In this document: in pieces, positions 1 to 11,682 of the stretch
How the letters are laid out: every line of letters starts with the position of its first letter
How positions within the stretch are numbered: position 1 is the first letter of the stretch
NCBI GenBank assembly: GCA_965645245.1
Contig: OZ287082.1
Coordinates: 992,001-1,056,000 of the forward strand
Direction of reading: 5' to 3'
Length of the DNA: 64,000 nt
Origin: Massalongia carnosa
Lineage: Eukaryota
Notes under the pieces: generated by a model
Databases searched by the model: none
What the model saw: only the letters and a program-made list of their open reading frames with translations
What the model was told of the DNA's origin: nothing
Translations under genes and position numbers: made by a program

Positions 1-382
1 GAACTTTTCCAGAAGCTTTGCTTTTGATCTCAGCAACATAGCTAGAAAGGTAATAATGCTGCCTGCTAATTCGGTGCTGGCAGAAAGAAATTGGTCGGTC
101 ATGAATTTGATCATGACCAAAAGTCGGAACTCTCTACATTCCATCAATGTTGATAAACTCATGTTTATTTACATGAATGAGCGTACTCTTAATCGGCCAA
201 CAGATTTCAAAAGCAAGCTTCAGTTTGCTGGCATCGACATCAATGAGACGGATCTTTGTGAGATGGAGGATAGACTACTGCAAGAAGAGATCTCTTTATC
301 TGATACGTCCATGTCATCATCGAAAAGACCGGCGAGTCAAACGATATTTGGTGATGCGACGAGAGCTTGGATAAACACCTAG
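1..382 (+). CDS. hAT transposase C-terminal dimerisation domain (5'-partial)
   Basis: PANSVLAERNWSVMNLIMTKSRNSL...VDKLMFIYMN matches the hAT dimerisation motif P.SS...ER.FS....I....RN.L. Confidence 0.85.
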   Translation, partial: NFSRSFAFDLSNIARKVIMLPANSVLAERNWSVMNLIMTKSRNSLHSINVDKLMFIYMNERTLNRPTDFKSKLQFAGIDINETDLCEMEDRLLQEEISLSDTSMSSSKRPASQTIFGDATRAWINT

Positions 383-633
383 CTAGTAGAGTAGGAGATA
401 CATAAAATTGTACGCAAATTGCTAACAAAATAAAGTATCTTTTCCCCACTTTCTATCTTCCCGCTTCTTCCGCCCCCCCCCCCTCCCCCCCTGTAGCTAA
501 TCCCTGTGTCTGTCAGTTGGGCCAACTGACACGTATTAAACACTTCCCGATCGGGTTAGTCAATAAACATGTTTAATACATATCCTAGCCCTAACTAGAA
601 TAGCAATAAACACAAGGTGGCTGCGTTTCACTA
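1..633 (+). mobile_element. 3' end of a hAT-superfamily DNA transposon, abutting LINE ORF2
   Basis: Carries the transposase C-terminus, a C-tract and a palindrome TGTCAGTTGG-G-CCAACTGACA (511-531). Ends ...GGCTGCGTTTCACTA at 633, where homology to the LINE begins. The other TIR and TSD lie outside the window. Confidence 0.7.
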
Positions 634-2912
634 GTGTCCGTTTTTGGTTCAATTTCGGTGCTTGCAATGTTGATAGATGCAGCCATATTGAATCTTTTGG
701 GATTTCTAGACAAGTGAATGAGTTCGTACTTCGTCGGAGCGAATAGAGATCCGTGTCGGGAAGCCCACTTTTCGCATTGTCTGTGTATTGACTCCAGAGT
801 CTTGCAATTCTCTTCGGTGCTTTTTCCGTATGCCAAAATGTTGGCATCGTCTACAAATCCTATGGCACTTGTGTTTGTGCCTGGTCGCTCACATATTTCC
901 AATAGGTCTGCATTATAGAATAGATAAAGGATGGATGAGAGAGGGGAGCCCTGTGGTATACCAGTTCTCACCGCGAATCGTCCGGTCGCTTTTCGATTTA
1001 TAGCTAGAGTTGTGCTACGATCATTTAAAAAGCTGTTTAACCAATCAGTAATCCATTTCGGGATTTTTCTTTTACGTAGATTGTGCGTTAGTCTTTGATG
1101 GGAAACTGTATCAAACGCGCCGGCGACGTCCATGCTTAAAAGTGTGGCTACTTTATCTTTTCCTTGTCCCCAAATCGTGTGAACCTGTTCGGTTAACAAC
1201 TCTAGAGCTGATTCTGTAGATCTGCCCTTTCTCGCTCCCATCTGTGTGTCGGGTAGGAGCCGATGTGTTTCCGCTAAATAGGTTATTTTTGATCCTATGA
1301 TAGATTCCATTACTTTGCTGAGAGTGTTGAGTAATGCAATTGGTCGGTAAGCCTTTGGAGTGGTGTTATTCCCTTTGTCTATTTTTCTTAATGCTATTGT
1401 GTTTGCCGTTTTGAAGGCTCGGGGATGGTACGAAAGTGTAACGCACGCCTGAAACAGAGGTGTTAATAGTTCAACAAGTTTTTCCGCGCATGCCTTGAGT
1501 ACTATATTAGATATGCCGTCAGGACCCGGTGCTTTATCGGGCTTGAGCCGATGCAGGGCCTTCGACACTTCTGACCTGGTGATGATCATTGGACAGTGCG
1601 GCGATGCTGGATAGAAGGATCCTTCTATATCGCTTAAGTCGGCCGGTGGTGGTGCGGGAAAGAAAATGCTTTTCAGCATTTCGGCTTTCTCATCAAACGT
1701 GTCTGCTATTTGATCATTGAACTTTAAAGTCGGCATTTTGGGTACTTCTCTAGCTGAGTGACTTTTGTCTTTGGCCCATTTCGCTAGCCGCCACAGACCC
1801 TGAGGCGTTTCGGTAGCCTTACTGATCTCTTGACGAAAATTTGTCCTCTTTGCTTTTTGGATAATTTTCTGTTTCTTGTCATTAGATTTCATGTAGTTGG
1901 ACCAGTCCGCTGGATCTCGTGTGTCAGACCATATGCGGCGTAATTTTCGTGTGGCTTTGGTGGCAATATTGCATTCTTCTGTCCAGAAAGGCTTAGCATA
2001 TTCGCTAGGTTTCGCCCATGGAACGGCTGCATTGATGACATTTTGTAGGAATTTTTGAATCGATTCTGTGTACGTATCGATCTCGGCAGGTGTGCAGGGA
2101 GACGTCGGTGGAGGTGCGTGGCGCTCGGCTTCCCTTAATTTTTCCAAATTCAGAAGTTTCCATGCCCTGCGTTTACTTTTTGGTTGCGACTCACTACCGA
2201 GTAGGATGCGGGTTGATATCGGTACGTGATCGGACGATTGATTTAATTCTGGTCTGGTCATGCAGAGTTCAAGTCTTTCAACTAGATAATCTGACATGAA
2301 AACTAGATCGATCGTGCTAAACGTGTTTCTTGCTTCCCATGTTACGGTGCCTTTCGGCAATGTTAGCGAGAGATTGAATTCATCGATGATATCTAACAAT
2401 TGATCCGCTGCAGCATGTTGTGTGGGTCTTGAAGGACCGTTCCAAAATGGATGATGCAGATTGAAATCACCAAGCAGGATATGATGCACGCCTTGGGTTA
2501 GCATGCTCCGAGCGGTCGATAGAGTGGAGAGGCTGTCAGTGGACGAATAGGAGGCAGGGGAGGGATTGTATACGTTGTGTATATTGATCACCTCCGCTAC
2601 GCCTTCGGTGCATGTTTCTATTTTTAGCGTGCACATGTCAGCCGAGGGAAATTCTGCTTCCCAGCTATCAGTGTCTATTGAATCGTTGATATAGAAGCAC
2701 ACTCTGGTGTCGCCTCCTGGGCGGTATATAAGGTGAAAGCCAATTTGATGTGAACTGAGCGATGTGGGGGCGGATGGGTTGCGCCACGGCTCCTGTATTG
2801 CAATGATATCATAGTCCTGGGTGTTTGTGTCTGCTAAGAGGGGTATCATAGTACTCACTCTGTCATTTCTGACATTATACTGCAATATCGAGAGGGATTT
2901 TGTGTCCCTCAT
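634..2912 (-). CDS. LINE ORF2: APE endonuclease + reverse transcriptase, truncated after EPKTD
   Basis: Motifs LQYNV, IQEPW, LLGDFNLHH, SDH, KAPGPDG, YRPIALL, GIPQGSPLS, FVDD. The ORF-track tail after KTD reads into hAT DNA. Confidence 0.95.
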
Positions 2913-5270
2913 AGGATTTCCATGGTTTCGACCACTGTGACTGGGGTGGCCTGGGTACCTGTCGTTACTACGGATTCTGCGCGGGGTCTACCTAGCGCTG
3001 GTTTTGCTAAGGCTTTGATCATGTTTTCAGGATTCATAATGCCTATATTAGCCCAGGTTGATACTTGCTCTCCTCGGGGGAAGCCCGGTGATAAATCGGC
3101 TGAGAGCCCCGCGTTGTGCATTTTTCTTTTCTTGCCGTTCACAATCTTCCATGTTGACGAAATTTCGTTCGTTTGTGTAGCTGCGAGTGTCGGCGCTCCT
3201 TGAAACTGGAATGAGGGCGATTGTGACTCGTTTGTGTATAGTGGAGCGCGATTTTGCATAGCAATTTCAGTTTTTCGCTTTTCAGCCTTTCTGATTTTGC
3301 ATGCTGTAGACCACGCCTCGTGTCCCTTCTCTCCGCATACGGCACATCGACGGTATTGCCCCGTTGTCTCCAAGTTGCATTCTTTACTTTGATGTCCACC
3401 GGCACAGTGGCCACAAGCGGCGGGATTGCGACATGATCTACCTATGTGGCCATATTTCTGACAATTGAAGCATTGGGTCATGGTGCAACCGCGTGTAAAA
3501 CGCTCACAGTCTTTTATTTCGTAGTCCTCCATCAGACCCTCGGTGATGAGCCGGTTGGCCATCTCGGCGGTAGCGACCTCCATGTGTAGCGTGGAGTATG
3601 CTTTCTTCTCCCTGATGGCCTTGACTGACCAAGCTACTTTGATGATCTTGAGGTCAGGATGCAGGCGTGCGTTGGCGGCCTGCAGGTATGCGATAGCAGT
3701 TGATTAATTGGCCACTTTGATGTTTGTTAAATAAACAGTTGACGGCATAATGTTGAAATTACTACGGAGGTGACTGCTTATAGCAGCCATGGCAGCCTGC
3801 AGGGCTGAGCTAGAACTAATGGGGCTAAGCGAGTATTCCAACACTCCCCTTCGAGCGTGGCTCCCCTTTCGCCTCCAAAATTGAAACTATCCAGCTTTTA
3901 TCACTCCCCTTGCGAAGTGATTCATCCAGCTGTGTCCGATTCGCTCCCTCTGACTCCATTTTCCCTAAGCACGTAGTTCTTTCTTATGTCTTTTGTTGTC
4001 CTGCTTTGTAGCCTCATTAAACCCATAACCATCTCTCGAGACGTAGCTTTTGTGAGTGTATGGGTGGATGGGAAGAGTACTATGGACGTGTTTTATTGAT
4101 GGCCTGAGCAGGGCTTTTCTCGATGTCTCTGTTAGACATTTTCCCGCAGACCATTGACGTTGGTGGCCTGATCGCAGGGCTTTTATCTCCCCTTGCTGAT
4201 CTGACCAGTATTCAAAGATGTGAAGTCTTCGAGGCACCGCCCGTTGTAGATGTCCTCCTCAGCACGTTTCGTACGTACACCACTTTCGATGACGCTTCCG
4301 CTTCGTTTCCGCTTCGTTTCTCATCCCTTTCGATGTCGTTTCCGCTTCGTTTTCGCGCTTTCCACGTCTGAACTTTCACCTCATCATCTTCTTGATACGA
4401 CATGATAGTCCGTAGTCTATGCATGAAGGATGCCGTCGGAGGGGCGCAAAGCACAAACCCGGGACTCATAACCTGTTAAATAAACAGTTGACGGCATAAT
4501 GTTGAAATTACTACGGAGGTGACTGCTTATAGCAGCCATAGCAGCCTGCAGGGCTGAGCTAGAACTAATGGGGCTAAGCGAGTATTCCAACAATGTTTTC
4601 CACCCTGGTTCCATTTGCCCTTACAGTGAAGGCACGAGTATTCACCGCTGCGGAGGCGGCCATCATGCGGGTCCAGTCGGTCTTTTCCTGCAGAATTTTC
4701 TTTGCCTCCAATGACTCCGTGTGAATCCTTATGTCGCCATTTAACAAGCGCGACACTCCTCGTATTCCTTCCGCTCCATTTTGCAATGTTTCTACCAGCT
4801 CTTTGGTTGGCATCAGCTTTATTTTTTCCTTATCTGCATTCTCCGTTATGTGAACAGTGATTTCTCGAGCGCGTCGCGCTTCCTTCGGTGTAGGTGTTTT
4901 GTCCTTTGAAGTCGGTTGGGACTTGACATTTTTCTTCGCTGGGGGTGCGGGTCCATCACGACCTCGCCCCGTGGCGGCAGCGGCGTAGCTTTGGGGAGTT
5001 GTATCCTTCTGTTCTATGCGTGTCAGTGGTTTGTTGAATAGATTGTAGAGTGTCATTGAGGATATTGGGCGCTTTTGCGACTTCGTCGTCGATCTGCTTT
5101 TGCGCTTGCAAAAGCTCCGCTGAATTTTTCAGCAACTGTAACGCCACCGGGTCACCCACAGTGCCCACACGATCAAGATACTCCTTGATTTTCTCACGCA
5201 AGCTTTCCTTCTTTTCGCTATGTTCATTCAAGAACGCGTTTTGCTGATTGAATGAATTCATCATTCGCAT
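2909..5270 (-). pseudogene. LINE ORF1 (gag-like, three CCHC knuckles), disrupted
   Basis: CFNCQKYGHIGRSC, CGHCAGGHQSKEC, CAVCGEKGHEAWSTAC and SYAAAA. Frameshift near 5.0 kb, insertion at 3725-4592, in-frame TAA near 3705. Stop overlaps the ORF2 start (ATGA, 2909-2912). Confidence 0.9.
3725..4592 (-). mobile_element. Non-autonomous miniature LTR element (TRIM-like, copia-derived)
   Basis: 119-bp TG..CA LTRs at 3725-3843 and 4474-4592 with one mismatch. 5-bp TSD ATGTT (3720-3724, 4593-4597). PBS-like GGTTATGAGTCCC after the 5' LTR and purine tract AGGGGAG before the 3' LTR on the minus strand. Confidence 0.92.
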
Positions 5271-6799
5271 GAAGCTTATAGTTTTTTTTTTGATATGATA
5301 TAAATATGTCTTGATTAGATATATAGCTATTTTTAACGAAAGAGGAAAGTCCCTTCAAAAATAGGAAACCAGCTTTTCGGTAGACTCCATAATGTTTCTC
5401 TATCACGTTTCATGCTCGGGGAAAAGGAATTGCCTCTCGCTGGATATTTGCAGGAACAGCAATGGTAAAACGTAAGGAGGGTAGAAAGATTTAAGACAAG
5501 ACGAGGGGCTAATATGGATTTTTTAATATGACACTCGTCTCTTGAGTCTTGCCTGGGTATTGTAGACATATCCGTTTTAAGATACTAGGACGAGCCAAAG
5601 GTCTAAATAGCTCCCTAAGTCTTGGCTAGCAATGAAATATATGGCGCTACCGTTAACAGGATGTAATAATAGAAGCGGGCTGTTGCAGAAAGACACAAGT
5701 ATAAAATATTATTTTTAGGGTTTTGGGAGAGCTGTTGTTTAAACCAAGTTCGTCATGTTCGTATTGATACTTTTTGCGTAGTGTTACCCTTCAATTTATT
5801 TTCTTGCTTTCTTCATGCTTCTGATCGCAGCCTGATTCTTTGCGCTCGCCTGATGTTTACGAAATCCTTGATACAAAAGTATGATTAATGCGTGGAACCG
5901 CTCTGAATGAGCATATGCTGCATTGGAAATAGACTTTAGACGAAGGAAAGAAGCCGGAAAAAGTTGTCAGGGATTTCCAATTTAATAAACTGGAAAAAAT
6001 CCTCGCAGCCTAGGTTCATGAAAGGTGGGCTTTATATACCAAAGTTTAAAGAGTTAGTAGTTTAGATTTTGCAAGTAGGTTCTGCATTTGATACAAATAT
6101 GATGAGCATTCTATATATTAATAGTTCAATACCGAGTAATGTCATTTATAATATTTATAATGCCGTTTTAACAGTGTTTTGTTGTTGCTGTAGAGAGCAA
6201 AGCTCAATTTCGTGGCGAAAAAGCTTGTGTCCCATAAACTCTCGCCGCTCGTCTTTGTAGAAATGGCAACGTTTCATTATATTATTAGTCATGATTTATT
6301 AGATTTGAAAGTGTTGCCGTGTATCTTAAGTTTGAAGAACCGCCATGCAGAGAACTGATACTGACAGGACTTAGTCATAACTAATAAAATAGCTTCCACG
6401 GCTTGTTTGGCAAATATCACTCATCTAATGGATTGCTTTAAGCTTTTATTTTCGCTGCTTTACGGTCTATCCCTCTCCGGGTCAATTCCGAGTAGCGGAA
6501 GTAGACAGTTTTTGAGTATTTTAGATACAATGACAAATTTCAGGTCTGATTGATATGGGGAAATCTAGAAAAGAAAGGCCAAGTCGCATCAAACTTGGCG
6601 AATAGCTCTTCGGCACAGAGCACAAGAATGAATGGTAGCTCCAGGTTAAGGGTCTTGATTCTGGCTGGCTTACGCCGAAATCCGCGAGGTTAGAACCTTA
6701 TTGGAGGTCTGTTCATTAGCCCCCGATGTTGAGCCTGCTACCCCTCAGTGATATGATGATACCAGGAGGAGGTGCTCAGAAGGCAGGAATGTACGTATC

Positions 6800-7330
6800 C
6801 GTACGGGGTACGTCTTTCATACTCTGTCTCAACACCCTCATAAATACTTTGTGCAAATCCCTTTTCGACATATATTTAGCTCAGTTAGCCTCGATAAAAC
6901 TGGCCTTTCGGCTTGTAGAAATGGTCATCTGTTCATCTACCTTCGAGGGCTTCTTTGGGCATCATTCTTCTGGCGGTCATGGTGTGATTGAGAATGAAGC
7001 CTTGATAGCAGACATCGTTAGGTTAAGTACCAGTGCAAAAATCCCAGTCTTTCCATCTTTCCATATCCACTATAGTCTATCCACAGCCAGTCGGTTGCTT
7101 GCTTCTTGAACAGCCTGATCCGGAAACAACCCTCCTCTAAGAAGAGCGTTCCAGATAGTACATCAGCTACCTTATTCCGTTTGCCCGGGATATACTTAAT
7201 CTCAATATTCAGTCTTCTAAGTTTGTCGGCCCAGTGTCTATAGATGCCTTCATGAATGTCAGACTTCAGGAAATTTACAAGAGGCTTGTAATCCGTGTGG
7301 ATTACGGCCATGTTGACGAGATGCTTTCAG
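6800..7330 (-). pseudogene. Ty3/gypsy pol relic (RNase H region)
   Basis: IHTDYKPL...RHWADKLRRLNIEIKYIPGKRNKVADVLS is the gypsy RNase H C-terminal motif. Boundaries approximate. Confidence 0.8.
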
Positions 7331-10300
7331 AAGTAGTCGTGTTTCGTGACGAACTTTACCAATGCACATAGCCCTTTTTTATAGATGGGGTATCTCTCCC
7401 TTACGCAGCTTAGTCATTTTTTCCCGTAAGGAGCTTGTTGTTGGGGCTTCTCAGCCTGTTCCAAGACATTTTCCAGGGAAATTCTTGGGTGTTTTCCACC
7501 AAATAACTTTGAAACGGGTCGGCCTTTTAAAAATCAAATCAAGGTCAGACGATAGATTTCGTTAAGACTAAACTGTTTCAAAAGGTGCCTGGGGCAACTT
7601 TCCTAGGGTTGTGATATCCGGATCCATTGTGTTGTCCGCTCATTAGTGATATACAAGTCAGTCGTTGTGACATATAAATGATGTTTTCAAAAGCGTATGT
7701 AAACGATAAGTAATCAAGTTTAAGTAATATATGAAAAGAAAAAAAGCACGTAATTGAAAAGTTGGTATAGCACAATCTTCATGATGTTAATTTTCAACTA
7801 TATTTTCTTGAATATATCTGAATTTTTAGCTTAATGGCGAGGAGCTCTTTCCAACTCTGCAAACTTCCTCCAAGATTAATTTTGATTTATTGGAAGAAGT
7901 TTGGAGACTCCTAATGCAAGTCTGAACCCTCAGAAGGGATTTTCTTTCGTATGCTTCTTGACTTTATATTTTCTCTCATAATTGACGGTAAAATTTATTC
8001 ATCCCAGATTTACTAGTCGATAGCTTAATTGAAGTTGTAGGGAAATTGTCAAGAGTTTCGCTCAATGTTGCGAAAAATTCATGGCATAGGTAAAAAAAAG
8101 CCGTACAAAGATTTCAAAAATACTCAATTCCACCTCCACTTGATTTTGCAGTATAAAAACCTCAGATGAATGCAGCAAAATACTGGCAGAGATACATATT
8201 GAAAGATGGGCCACCCAAGAAACTGGCTCCTGGAAGCGAAGGTACAATCCGCGGGCTGATGAGTTGAATAGCAAAAAAAAAAGAAGCGAATTAACAAAGA
8301 TAGCTTTCAGAGGACCATTCATATTGGAAACTCGAATTACAGACGGGAGGAAGCCATGCTTACCGAATGGCGGTCCTGCCTTTCGAGGAGGAAAAGGGGA
8401 TAGCATCTTTATGAATAATTCTGGAACTGGACTGTTTTTCTAAAAGAGATAATTATTTACTGAATTAAGTGGAGATTATGTTGGGGAGACAGAATAAACA
8501 TTATTTTGGAGCGTCATAATAAGATATCGAAAGCGGCTTCGGTGTCGTGAGGTAATTAAATTAGGAGTACTATAATTATATTCAGTAAACATATTAAGGC
8601 AGGATCTAAGCAGAAAACTTATGATTGATATGTTTATACCTTGTTGTGAGATATATATGCCTAGTAATACGCGGCATTGATATTAAAAGAGCTTACTTAT
8701 GGATTTGGTCAAGCAAACCGAGCACGAGAACATAGTGGCTTATGAAAAGCCACCCGAAAAGTCTCAGTATTAAAAGTAGTGGCTGGGTAAAAACGGCACT
8801 GACGCAGCATGTTTTTCTATTGACTCTTTATCACGATCCAATCTTCGTCAGAAATACATTTTCGTAAGTAACTCCCTGTTTCTCGAAACATATGATGCCA
8901 CCCAAATGCGCATTCTCACTTGCAAACCTTGCTCAGAACTTTCTTTTTAGAGGATTTTGAGGAGAGAAGAAATGTAATATAAGAATACACTGCTTCGCTT
9001 TGCAGTTGAATATCCTTCTCAAATAGTTAATGCGGCTGAAGTCGATATCGCGATAATTTATGAATATTAGCCGTAGCTCATTGACGAACATTCCTTTTAG
9101 CCATAGAAAGATAGGAGAGCAGTAGAAAGAAGGTAGGAGGTTGGTGGAAAATTTCACACAGTTAAAGAAGTCAGAAGATGGATGCCGACATTGAGTAGTG
9201 GAGCTTTAATTAGCGAAGGATTTCCTCCCAGTCTCGTTAAAGAAAAAGCGGCTACCTGGTTAAAATCGAATAATGCTACTAGTTCGTTTGAATGAAAGCA
9301 TGGCAATATCAGAACTGTAAGTTGAATTGAAAAGAGTAGGGAGATTTAGAGAGCAAAATTGGGATTTATGCTCAAGTGACGACATGATCAACCCATAGCT
9401 CCATCCGGTGCAACATTAGCATGAAAGGTGGAATTCTTTTCCTAAGCCTCCGGATCCCAATTAGTAGAATATCATAGACGCTACCAAAGCATACTCTGCG
9501 AGGCATCGCACATCTATAGAACATGCGGGAGCTGAGGCAGAACGACTGTTAGACGGTAGAAACGAAGCAAGAGCTAAAGCTGGTTAATCTTGGTTTGCTC
9601 TATTAATGTTTCAATCTACGTTTTTTAAATTTGCCGCTTCGTTTATTTTTGTAAGGAATAATACGATAAAACTGACTGACCAAATCAATTCTGATATAGA
9701 TATTATTCGATGTAACAAGATTTTCTTTGGAAGGGGACTGATATCAAAGGATAGGGGTATTTGGCTTAGGAAGATAAGTGAAAAGACTGAATTCTAGATG
9801 ATAGTTTACTAGTCTGATATTCAAATCTGATAAAGAGCATCTATCTACATAGGAATTCTAGGCCCTATTTATAATGATATCTGACCCCAGAATCTCATTA
9901 TTGATGCCTAGATTCCTTGATGTTGCCTATTTAGCCAGCAACATTGCTACCTTCATTTAGGCATCAGGATAAACGTCATCAGTGTAAGCATCAGGATAGA
10001 TATCACTAGCATAGGCATTAGTGTAGGCAACAACATAGGTGGCGAATGTTGGACAGAATCCAAAGATTTTCACTCGTAGCTTATAGTTGCTAAACTCCGG
10101 AGGCTGATGTGACTAATGTAAGCAAAGAAACTTTGAAGCTTCTCTTTACTAAAGCATATAGCGAAACCAAACAGCCAAAAGATAAGAAAATCTCTGGGCG
10201 ATGGCTAGAAATTATCATTGAGGGCCTTTTTTGTGAACAGATAACGGCATATTAAATAGAAAGCGCTTTCATGGGATGATCGGAGGAAACAGCATGCGGT

Positions 10301-11007
10301 AAGCTCGCCAATGGAACGGTAGAAGCGAGGAAGGCTTCACGCTGAGCCATTCACTTCCGGAATATTTGATGAATAAGATCTTGTATTTGTGATAATTCAT
10401 CATGTAGAAGCCATAAAACCTAGAGCATCATAGATAGTTAAGGCTCTTACACTGACGGCATTCGTAGCTATTAATAGTGAGCAACTTGGTTATATATAAC
10501 CAAATATTGTGCAACATGTTAGCTTGACTATTTGCTTGTAATTGGGAATAGTAACAGGGTCAAATTTCTAGGTGCTATACAACAGTGGCAATTTCGTGAC
10601 TCTACAATCTCTCCTTAAGGGCTTAAAAGGTCTCGAATTGCAGTTACAAGGTCAGGTACAGATTTGAATGGAAACATCATTAACTTGACAAGCAGCTTTT
10701 CTAAGAACTTTCATGTCTACGGAGTACCTATGGAGATGTTTGATAGCCATGATATCATAGTATGATTGAAAAAAGTTAATTTTCTAAATATTCGCTTACT
10801 TCCATTATTATCAGAATCTTTCGAAGTAAAACCCTGAGATTCCGTTGGTCTCTCTTTCTACTCTAAACAATATTCTTTTCACAAATTTTCTTTCTCGTAA
10901 AGTAGTAGAATATGAGAATGAACTCACGCCAGAGAGAGATGAATGTGATAGGTAAGTCGCCAGGCTAGAGCGGCACCGATAGAACTGAAAATTCCTCCAT
11001 TCGATCT

Positions 11008-11682
11008 TTAGCACTGCAAGCATTGATTTGGTAAGTGAATCATGGGAATACATGTTATGATATCAAGGTGCTTCGTCTGGAGCTCCACTATTACCATCCC
11101 CTGGAATTCGAGAAGTGGCATCGTCGTCATGGTGGCGGCCAAGGTATTCACCTCTAAATCGTACCACAAGCCACCAAATTCAACTCGCAGAGTTGCCCAC
11201 TTCTCACAGGTTCTGAGACATTGGGAAAAAAGCCCTTCGCAACCGGCATGAAACTTTAGAAACTGGAAGCAAAACTTGCCAAGATAACAGACGCGATTAG
11301 GGCAATCGAGTATAAATTGGTCTAGTAAAGATACGTTGCTGAAGATGATACAATTGTACTTGTAGAATATTGGTTCCGCTTCTTGATAGATCGTCTTACT
11401 AGCAGCAACCAAAGAAAGCCGTGAGGATGGGTTTTTTATTGTTGTTCTCCTATATGAACCCTGAGTGATACAGCTAATCGTTCGATCTCGTGCGTTGACA
11501 GCATGGTCATCAGGAGGGTTGGGACAGTGGGCCAGATGGGTTCTAAGGCCACTTGGCCCTCCTTCCGGCAGAAGAAGAAAAGAAATATCTGATATTAGGT
11601 GAAAGTGGTAGATATGGGTACGAAGCTCAATTGGAAGCATCTCCAGTACTCCAAGTGGCGAGGGAGCATTGTTCGACGTCAT
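11008..11682 (-). CDS. Hypothetical fungal protein with an N-terminal F-box-like 'LP.ELR..IY' motif; possibly frameshifted at the 3' end
   Basis: 224-aa ORF with LEMLPIELRTHIY and L....K.IYQEA.PIFYKYN, a pattern common in uncharacterised ascomycete proteins. Confidence 0.55.
   Translation of the reverse strand: MTSNNAPSPLGVLEMLPIELRTHIYHFHLISDISFLLLPEGGPSGLRTHLAHCPNPPDDHAVNARDRTISCITQGSYRRTTIKNPSSRLSLVAASKTIYQEAEPIFYKYNCIIFSNVSLLDQFILDCPNRVCYLGKFCFQFLKFHAGCEGLFSQCLRTCEKWATLRVEFGGLWYDLEVNTLAATMTTMPLLEFQGMVIVELQTKHLDIITCIPMIHLPNQCLQC

Larger units (their letters stand above)
634..5280 (-). mobile_element. Tad1-clade LINE, copy A; 3' part cut off by the hAT element
   Basis: gag-like ORF1 followed by APE-RT ORF2. 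Region 634-998 is near-identical to 18346-18709 in inverted orientation. Confidence 0.95.
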
